DNA from: Selaginella moellendorffii
Taxonomy: Eukaryota; Plantae; Lycopodiophyta
Direction of reading: 5' to 3'
Assembly (NCBI RefSeq): GCF_000143415.4
Contig: NW_003314308.1
Span: 881,769 to 945,768 of the forward strand
DNA: 64,000 bases
The notes beneath the pieces were generated by a model, which did no database searches, was not told the origin of the DNA, and saw only the letters and a program-made list of their open reading frames with translations. How positions within the stretch are numbered: the first letter of the stretch is position 1; each line of letters opens with the position of its first letter. The position numbers and the translations under genes were made by a program. Below are positions 11,630 to 20,341 of this stretch, piece by piece.

Positions 11630-12960
11630 ATTTATGGCAATATAAGGCCACACGCCATTCAAAGAATAATGCTAGTCGAGCATTTTTTGGTGCATTTTTG
11701 GGTTCAAAATTGCATGAGCCCACACGCTATAAAGTTTACCTGTACCAAAAATAGAAACAGCTTTATTTACTTGGGAATTTAAGTGGTTGAGGCATTTTTA
11801 AACTTACAAACACATGCCCTACTTACATTCCTTTGGTTGCTTAAAATTCAAAAATATTATAAACCTTTCTTTTTGCATTTTCAATGTTTTCAATTATGGT
11901 TTTTGATTTTCGCAGGACCAGCCTAGTAATCTATTTGCATCCCGTCATGTTTATAGCTAGCTTTCGTTTGTCCCCTTCGCTAGCCTGAGATACATCTGCT
12001 CGGCATCTGCCTCTTACAGCATTTGCCCAGAAAGGGCATCTTTCTTCACGCAGCATTTGCCACATGTTTAGGGTTTAGGGTTTAGCAATTCAGTAGCTTG
12101 ATAAACATGCAAATACAGAACTTGATGCAAAATCCTTTGATATGTCACAATGCCCCTAGGACCATAAACACATTTCAATAGAGAGGGTCCTTTCATTTCA
12201 TAACTCCTTACGTAGATCTTGGTGAAACCAGAGTTAGTGAAGTTGGTTTTTTGTGATCCCGCATCTGATTGTGGTGTCCCTTTGCAGTGTCAATGGAAAG
12301 GTCAATGCACACCAAACTGTAGAATCTTTGAGCAAAATAACGGTTGGATCTATGGCAAATGCCCCTGAAACATTGTAAGGCTCGTGTGGTCTCATGTGGT
12401 GTCCGATCGAGATGCTTCTCTGCAGGGTCATCAAGAAGGGCATTGTATACCATTCTGTAAAATCTAGTTGCGATCTAACGGTTAGATCTCCAGAAAACTC
12501 AAAAAAATCTCGCGCGTGTCAGAATATCCTAGGAATATACTCTTATGTGCCCCTGAAAATGGCATGCGGCCCCACGCCATTCAAGAGATAACGCCAGATG
12601 ACGCCGAGAATTTTTTGGTGCATTTTTTGGGTTCAAAATTGCATGAGCCCACACGCTATAAAGTTTATCTTTGCCAAATAGAGAAAAGTTTATCTGTGTC
12701 ATGTGAGGTAGTTACAGTCCTTTGTGCTCGGCATCTGCCTCTTGCAGCATTTACACTGAAAGGGAATTTTTCTCCATTCAGCATTTGGCCCTGAAAATGG
12801 CATGTGCCCACACGCCATTCAAGGAATAACGCCACAGGACGCCTGGATTTTTGGGTTTAAAATGTTTAGGGTTTTTTGGGTTTTTTCAAAATATTTTGGG
12901 TCCAACGTTTTTTGGGTTACTTTGGTTCAAAATTGCATGAGCCCACACGCTATAATATTG
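11630..12960. promoter_or_regulatory. Putative divergent promoter region with three copies of a ~130-160-bp block, each holding two palindromes, plus telo-box repeats
   Basis: The block ...cacgccattcaa...ttgggttcaaaattgcatgagcccacacgctataa recurs at about 11640, 12560 and 12800. tttagggtttagggtttag lies at 12067-12085. The region sits between the divergent genes. Confidence 0.5.
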
Positions 12961-13299
12961 ATTTGAGAGAAAAATAGAAACAGATAGAATTTCTTTATTT
13001 AGCTGAACATCTGCCATTTTTGGAAATACAAGATGCTTTCGAATATCCAATCATGCATGGTATAAATATAGCAAGGGTATTAAATGATATCCCAATCATG
13101 ATCTTTCTTTTGGATTTCGCGTGCATGCAGTCCGAGGAATGATGACGTTGCGGATTTCTTTTGGATTTCACGTGCATGCATGCGCGCGGCGATCCAGAAA
13201 TTAATGGTGGCGCCCAAGTCCGAGGAATGATGACGTGGCGGGATTACCAACCGTCGTGACATTTCGCGCGTGTGAGGTTAGGTTTTGCATTTGGCTTCG

Positions 13300-13530
13300 T
13301 ACTCGTGCTCGCACACTCGCGCTCGCGCTCGCATCACACTCGCACTCGCGCTCGCATCACACTCGCGCTGGTGCTCGCATCACACTTGCGCTTGCATCGC
13401 ACTCCCACTCGCGATCACGCTCACATTCGCGCTCATCTACCTTCTCTACAAGTTTCTCGTGTGCATCGGCGTCCACTCGCGCTTGCATCACACTCGCGCT
13501 CGCATCGCGCTCGTGTGCATCGGCATCCAC
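13300..13530. repeat. CG-rich low-complexity repeat (ctcgcgctcgcatcaca), probably the accessory-gene 5' leader
   Basis: Directly visible just upstream of ATG 13739. Confidence 0.7.
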
Positions 13531-13738
13531 TTCAAGACACACCCAGTTTGTAACTTCGCCGCCAACTCCGCCGCCCACTCCGCCACCCACACGCAGCCCA
13601 CTTGGCGTCCCGGGAGATTTCAGCGCCACTCTCCAACTGTAAGTGGCAGAGTAGCCTTGCTGCTACGATCCGCTGCACACACAGTGCACATTCGCCAGCA
13701 AGTCCGGCCTCGATTGTCACGCCTCCATTCGGCTTCAA

Positions 13739-16700
13739 ATGGTAAGTCTTTTAGGCCAAGTAGAAAATGGCATGAGGCCACATGCCATTCAGTAGCAACA
13801 TTGGCATGCACCGATTGGGCTCTCGAGTGCAGTCCGGTTACAGATGGCGTGTAGCCTCACGCCATCTTAGGATGCAGCCTCAAGACATCTGATGCAGTGG
13901 TGAATGGCGTGTGGCCTCACGTTATTTCCAGCTGCTAACTTTTCATCTATCAGCTCTAATTGTTGTGCATTTCTGAACAGGCGAGGAATTGCGTTCTTCT
14001 TCCAGCCACTGTCAATGTGGATGCAGAGAAGGGGGAAGAGCTCACCAGTTGGACTTTTGGGATGGAAGGCGAGGATTTGAGGCTATACAACACAGATGGT
14101 GGGAGAAAAGAATGCATGGGGATCCTCATCCAAGTGACAGACACTCCATGCAGTTCCATGCAAGAATATGGACTGGCACTTGTGGTAGAGACAACGTCCG
14201 CCTTCAAGATCCACCTTGCACATCCTAGCGGCTTCCCGGAGGGGGGCAGCGGCTATGAGGAATTCCTAGAGGGAGCTAGGGAGAGGTTGTCAGGAGGCCT
14301 ACAATTTCAAAGACGCTGCGGGTCTATGAAGATCACATGGAATCCACGGACCTCACCTACGGCGATGTTCAAAAACTATATTCCAACATTGAGCCGTTGA
14401 GAGTGCCTCCAGTTCGCGAAGCGAAGGGGAAGGGGGTCGATCTGGAAACTACCCCAAAGCAGAAAAGGGTGGTCAAGCTCAAGCCGACGTCCGACTCTCC
14501 TGGTCCAAAAAAGAAGCTACTCGGTGATGCCATTGCCTTGGGTTTGAACACTACACCCACCAAAAAGAAGAGCTGCAAAGAGCAAAAAGAGCAAGAAGAG
14601 GCAGCAAAAATCGTCGCAGATAATAGTACTTGTTACTATTCCAACAAAGTATATACAATCGACGTGAGCCGTATCGACATCCAAAGCAAATACAACCACA
14701 GGCTAGTATCTGATAAGTGGGTGGAGAAACTGAAGCAGAAGATGCTGGCAAGTCCAGTAACACCCGACATCGCAGACGTGATCCCCTACTACCGAACAAT
14801 GAAGGGCGAGACGAGGTTTCCAGACTTGATCAATAGGAAGGTGTTGGACGATCAGAACATCCGGTTCTATGCCGTCTCCGGGCAGCATTCTAGTTTGGCG
14901 ATGCAAGAGATAGTTGTGGATATTATAGTGGGCGAGGAGGTGAAGAAAGTCTTCAAGACAAGAGTTGTCCGCCTGATAAAAGGCAACTCGCCCCTCCGAT
15001 CTATTATATCCATCTCCCACACGCAGAATGTCAAGCAAGAAACGTGCTACAAATCGGGTCTGCACGAGACATTGGCACGAACACGGAAGCCCTGGGTTCA
15101 ACTGAAGAAGCCACAAAAACCAAGACAAGGACGTGCACTAGCAACTAACGCCTGGTAGGTAAGCCTCGTTGCATGTGGCATAGCATGTGGCCTCACGCCA
15201 TTTCCATTGCAGGAATTCTCGAGTCTTCTCTCGAAAACACTGGGGGTCAATGACACACTCAGCATCCATAACATTCTACTCGCGACAAAAGTTGTTTTTG
15301 ACAAATGGGTAGATGTGCTGAGGAGGTACCATGACGGGGAGTTGCTAAACTCAATGGGTGTGGAGGACGGTCGGAAGCCCAATGATTTGAAGCTCAACGC
15401 CTTGCGTTTCTCGCGGTCTCTAGACGACGACGACCTTCTGACAGTGGCTAATGCTCTTCTACGTGGTGAGGTAGTCTTCAACAAGACCAAAATGACTCCC
15501 GGCCATATTGTAACATACGAGGACTTGTGCACGACTCTGAGAGCTTGTGTGCTATTGAAGGATTGGATCTTCGAGCAAGTGGCCGTGAAGAGGGTGAGCA
15601 TCGACACCACGCAAGAGATGATGGAAGAGCTAGAGTTGTCAAATGAAGACATCGACGAGTACGTGAAGGGGGCCCCCAAGTTCATCGATCTGCTGCGGGA
15701 TGCCACCAAAAGTAAAGCTGAGAAGTTGGATCAGTATCCAAATTTCATTAAGAGGGATGTCGACTGCCGGCTTCAGAAACAGCTCAACCCCGCAGCAGAG
15801 GCCTATCGAGAACCTTACCGGGTATACGTGAATTCGGATGAGGATCAAAGGTGGAGGAGCATCGTTTCTCGCGGAGATGAGCAGGTCAAGAACATCTTTT
15901 ATGTGATGGACTTCACAAACAAGGAGATCACTCATGCAGACGAAGTCAGCTCCATCATTGACTTAATGGTGGGACTTGCGGAGGTGGAATCTTCAGTCCA
16001 CTATATGATCTACGACTCTGAATCCTATCACAAGTTCTAGAAGGCCTTGAACGAGGTGAAGGCTCGGTTGAAAGGCAAGGAGATGCAAGAGATCCATGGG
16101 ATAATGGCTAAGAAGAAGATACCGACGAATGTCTGCATCTTCACACTCGCCCTTGTTATTGGTCCTGCAGCAGAGTGGGACTGGAGTGGCTTCCCAGCTT
16201 CATTCGACAAGGCCGATCGAATTGATATGAGGGAGGTACCCGTGCCTGAGGAATTGAAGACGGCTATGGAGCTTTCGAATCCAAAGAAAGCTCCAGGTGC
16301 AGCATGGGAAATGCTTAGCTGGGTCTTCAATGCAATAGCGGGTGGGTCACCTGCTTCTGACTCCAAGGGCAAATGTGTTGTCGAGTACAACTGCGGCAGA
16401 CTATTCTTTCGAGCCACACTACTCAAGGGTGTCCCGTGTGTTGCGGTGACAAACTCCATTGAAGAGGTGACTTCAATGGAGCATATAATTACAGTTGCCA
16501 AAGAAAAATAGTATCTTCTCTGCGAACTTGGTGAGTACGCACTTTAAGTTTAAATGTTATCTCACAAGCTCTGTATGCAGGAGCGTGGCCACCCCCAGAT
16601 GCTGAAATGGCGTTAATAGCTACTATTGAAGATACCCATGTTGGGCCGAGCTCACAACCTGCACAAGGTAAGGTCACGTGAGGCCTCACGCCATTTTGAT

Positions 16701-19328
16701 TATAGATCGTTGTGAATATTCAGACACGAGGACTGAAAAGCGCACTGGTGGCGCGTCGAAGAAGGACAAACAGACAAGCAATAGGAAAAAAGGAGGTACA
16801 AATTATATTTGCAATGGCGTGTGGTCTCATGCCATTCCTTGTAGGAGACACTTCTTCAAAGGCAAAACAGGCAAGCACCAGCCAAGCTCAAACTGACAGT
16901 GGTCATAAAAAGCGAAAGCACGTTGGACAGTCGTCGGGATCAGAGGCGTTTGATTCGAAAAGGAAGAAGGGCAACGAAAAGATGATAGGTAATGCCTCGC
17001 GGTTATGGCGTGTGTGCGAAAGCAGCCAATCACCACCTCCTGACTCAGATTCCTATGGCGGACTCCCCTTCCCCAATCTCAATGGAGAGGTACAATGGAT
17101 GAGGGATGCTTTTCAAGTCAGGGCCACGTTTTTCTCATCTCGTTGTCTTCGAAGGGTGCAAGAACGTGCAGAAACCATGTTAAAACGTCGGGTGAGGATA
17201 CGGTCCTAGGTCACGCACTAAAATAGGCTATGGATGTCTTGTATTTTGAGATGGAGACTCGGCCAGATGATTTTCCCAAGATGGTCCTGGAAGAACAAGC
17301 CATCCAGCCTGAGCAGCCTATGGAAGAAATGCAGGAGGGGGATGAGGAGCCAGAGAAAGATAATGAGCAGGAAGAGCAGAAGGACGAAGAGGAGGACAAA
17401 GAAGAGGAGGACGAAGAAGAGGAGGACGAAGAGGACTTGGATGGTTCTCACAATGGTGATGATCACAATAACGACGACGACGATGATGACGACGATGGCC
17501 AGCCTGAGGTGGCCAAAGAGCAGCGGAGGAAGGTCATACAAGACAAACCATCAGGTAAATAATAGTACATCCATTCCTAACCTTTTACCATTTCTAACAT
17601 TGTCCATGTAGGTCGCAGAGCAAATGGTAAGTAGAGATTATTCAGTTGAATTAAGATACAAACTCTAGCCTTTAGTGTCAAGGAAGGATAGTGCCAAGCA
17701 AGGGTCGAAACGTATGTCCAATCCTTCAGAATCAGCAGTGTGCCCAAGTGATATCGGTCCTAGTTCCTCAATAGCAGTTGATGGTAAATACAATATAGTC
17801 GATTCAATGTGCTAATGAGTTTGTTTTTAGTAGCCAATAGGGAGGATACCATCTCAATCGAAGGGAGATATTTGGACATGCATATGGATCCACCAGTGGA
17901 CTCTACTTGCCTGCAAGAGTCATCAGAGCTGGTGCAGGCTACTATCCATATCAACGCCAAGTAAGCTGACCACGCTCCACTTGATGCTGCCCATACCACT
18001 GAGTCAATCTTGTCCACGTATCCAACTGACGGTGACCAGGCGCCATTGGACCCGCATGAGGCCGCCCCAGCCGCCGAGCCGGTCGTATCCTCATTTCCAA
18101 CGGACTCAACGTGTGCCCAATCGTCTGACTACGCGCTGTTGGAACCTCCCTACACCGCCCCTGTTGCCTGTTCGGTCATGTCCACTTTGCCAACGGAGGC
18201 ACCAGCTGAAATGGCGTGTGATCACACGCCATCGGAACCACCCCATGCCACTATTGAGCCAATTGTACCAGAGTCTACAGCTGAAATGGCATGTGCCCAC
18301 ACGCCATCGGATGCAATTGACCCCACATTGCAGAGGAGAGTATTTCCGCCCTTCACGTTTCCTCGACCAAAACCCTCTCAACGACCATCGGGTGCACCAT
18401 TCGCTAATATTGTAGATGGTAAAATTGACTTGTACCATTTTTTATGTTGACGCATTTCATTTCAGAGTCACGGCGAAGGTACTGTATCGTTTTTTATCTG
18501 AATGGTGTCCTTTTCTCCCATGAGCGTGGCTCGTCCTCGAATGTCACTGCACCCTCCAAAGCCTGCGGTCGCAAGTTGGTCAAAAGAGACAGATTCACAT
18601 TAATCACACGGGAGAAACTGCGGGATCTAATAATGACCATGCGACATTTAAAACAGAGGTCCGGGTTCAATTTGGAATTGGGAGTTTGGACATCCATGAT
18701 GCGCCACAATGCATTAACGTTGCTACAAATGATGCACGATCAGACGCGAGTAATATTACCATTTGACTTTCTCCTAACGCAGGAGGATTGCTTGACTATG
18801 GTCCATGTGAGGGGTAGCAAGCCCATCTTCGTCAAGCCAGAGGCTGTAGTGATGAACCGGACTGCTAGGTCAAGTGAAATCCTCATCATCGATGACTCGC
18901 CAATTAAAACTGCAGCAAACACGCACACATATGCAGTGCACCCCATCTCTTGCAGTATGGAAACTAGGGAGAAGAAACCATATGTTCTGGGGGACCTTGC
19001 AAAACGGCTTGGAGCGATGGTGATAGAGAACCGGCCAGTCCAGGAGGTGGCTGCAGAAATCAACCAAATGGCAGATGGAACGGTATATCAAAAGCCATTT
19101 GATCGGACAGACACCAGTCATCATTTATGGCATATATATTGTCTAGCCAAGCACTATCCGCATCTCCATAATCTGCTCAACCGGATGGGTTCTTCGACCA
19201 CTGAACATGAGCGTGGACGTATTAGAGAAGAGATGGCATTACTATTGGGTTTAAATCCTGATAGTGTGGATAGTGATGAAATTCCAAGATTATTGTATAA
19301 GCGTTGGAGGCAAAAAATAACAGTCTGA
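13739..19328 (+). pseudogene. Large multi-exon transposon accessory gene (one gene, or two in tandem): ParB/Srx-like domain, helical region, possible degenerate MTase fold, acidic tract, FCP1-like domain
   Basis: ATG|gtaagt at 13739-13741. GT-AG introns at 13742-13980, 15159-15211, about 16668-16705, about 16796-16844 and 18419-18465 join the long ORFs 13960-14400, 14337-15158, 15207-16040, 16047-16511, 17230-17562, 18010-18450 and 18444-19328. Premature TAGs occur at 15156 and 16038, and there is a frame break near 14.3 kb. ParB-like segment: IDVSRIDI..YNHRLVSDKWVEKLKQKM...FYAVSGQHSSLAMQEI. Confidence 0.65.
18466..19328 (+). CDS. Exon encoding an FCP1/NIF-type HAD phosphatase-like domain (catalytic motif altered)
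   Basis: CIVFYLNGVL (cf. LVLDLDGTL/DLNGVL), LGVWTS, FLLTQEDC, KPIFVK, ILIIDDSPIK..N...AVHP. The exon is open for 287 codons and splices in frame to the upstream exon. Confidence 0.7.
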
Positions 19329-19746
19329 GATGGCATGTATTTATTTAAAAATGTAACTTATTATGGCATGGGGTTCCATGCCATTGTATTAATATTAAAA
19401 GACAATTCTTTGAGAGGATTTGCATTATACTAGAAGTGTTACAACATGTTATTGGAAGTCTACGAAGTTGTTTTATTAATAAGGGGAAAGTAAAGATTGA
19501 ATGGGGACTTGGGCTCCACCTAGATTCGGAGCAACTGAGCCAATATTAAAAGGATGGAAAGAAATTGGACGACGATGACAAGGAGAAGAGAGAGGTGAAG
19601 CAGTGGCAGGGGGAGGAGAAGTGATTGAGTAGACATTTCCTTGTTTAAAATAAAATGGCATGTGCCTCAATGCAGTTGAATTTTGTTATATTTATATACT
19701 ATATAAAGGTTTGGAAACTTTATTTTACAAGTGGGATAATGACAAT

Positions 19747-19770
19747 TCCCACTTTAACGAAATAGAGCTT
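19747..19770 (-). repeat. Right TIR
   Basis: tcccactttaacgaaatagagctt, the reverse complement of the left TIR with one mismatch. Confidence 0.9.
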
Positions 19771-20232
19771 CCTTGGGTTTGAATAGTACTGGGCTGAGTG
19801 ACCTCCTAGGAAGTCCAAACTCAGGAGCTTACATTTGATATCAGAGCGGTCTCGGGTCCGACTCTGTTGGTTGGCTAGGGGAATCACACCACATATTGAT
19901 TGACATCTAGCTGGTCCAGTTTGCTCCCATTGGGCTCGACCTGAGGGGTAGGGTGTCAAAAGAGCAGGGCTCTCAGGAGAGTTATGGCTCTCAGCTTCTG
20001 TTCACGAGTGCGTGAACTTGCAAGGAAGCGTGGTGGATTATAAGCAACTAAAGAGAACGACTTAAGAAACGATCCATGGGGTTCAAATATAGAGGGAAAG
20101 GGCCCATGAACAAGAGTGCACCCCCTTTTCCAATTGGTTAAGGGTCTTGGGATACTTGGGGTTAAGCGTCCTTAGGTTTGAATAGTACTGGGCTGGGTGA
20201 TCTCCTAGGAAGTCCAAACTCAGGAGCTTACA
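19771..20232 (+). mobile_element. Cassandra-like TRIM: 5' LTR remnant 19771-19833, Met PBS 19836-19847, ~200-bp internal region, 3' LTR 20039-20232, LTRs carrying a 5S rRNA-like segment
   Basis: gttaagcgtccttaggtttgaatagtactgggctgggtgatctcctaggaagtcc resembles plant 5S rRNA GTTAAGCGTGCTTGGGCGAGAGTAGTACTAGGATGGGTGACCTCCTGGGAAGTCC. Both LTRs end cttaca, the PBS is tgatatcagagc, and a purine-rich tract precedes the 3' LTR. Confidence 0.8.
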
Positions 20233-20341
20233 CCCTTTCCCTTTATATTTAAACCCCATGGATCGTCTTTCACCCTACCCTTTGGGTCGAGCCCAGCCAA
20301 AGCATACTAGACTTGCTAGATGTTAATCAACATGTGGTGTC
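20233..20341 (-). mobile_element. Inverted fragment of a second Cassandra-like TRIM, the target of the LTR element at 20342
   Basis: Reverse complement of pieces at about 20071-20102, 19932-19955 and 19886-19910. Confidence 0.75.

Larger units (their letters stand above)
6384..19384. repeat. Dispersed 22-bp spaced palindrome ATGGCRTG-N6-CAYGCCAT, about 30 copies
   Basis: Good copies start at 6700, 6789, 7389, 7549, 7695, 9037, 9094, 10652, 10722, 10758, 11022, 11709, 12559, 12638, 12797, 12932, 13767, 13844, 13904, 15180, 16673, 16814, 18211, 18286 and 19363. Weaker, half or short-spacer copies are near 6384, 7200, 7309, 10928, 11637 and 19655. Confidence 0.95.
6158..19770. mobile_element. 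13.6-kb TIR DNA transposon with a Sola1-like transposase and a large accessory gene
   Basis: 24-bp TIRs aagctctatttc(a/g)ttaaagtggga at 6158-6181 and 19747-19770 (1 mismatch). Both ends interrupt unrelated retroelement sequence. It contains a transposase and an element-specific palindrome. No target-site duplication is visible. Confidence 0.88.

Noticed and set aside
12067-12085. Interstitial telomere
   Set aside because: Under three TTTAGGG units. Better read as a telo-box promoter motif.
13235-13854. Ala/Arg/His-rich ORFs upstream of the accessory gene
   Set aside because: Products of the CG-rich leader repeat, open in several frames at once.
6384-19384. Palindromic repeats as a CRISPR array
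   Set aside because: Spacing is irregular (tens to thousands of bp), copies sit in introns and exons of a eukaryotic element, and there are no cas genes.
6150-19780. Target-site duplication for the giant element
   Set aside because: Tested several end positions. The flanks (gggcatg / ccttggg) give no matching duplication and belong to different retroelements.
20160-20215. 5S rRNA gene
   Set aside because: Only the internal ~55 nt match, embedded in an LTR with a PBS. The 5S 5' part and terminator are absent.
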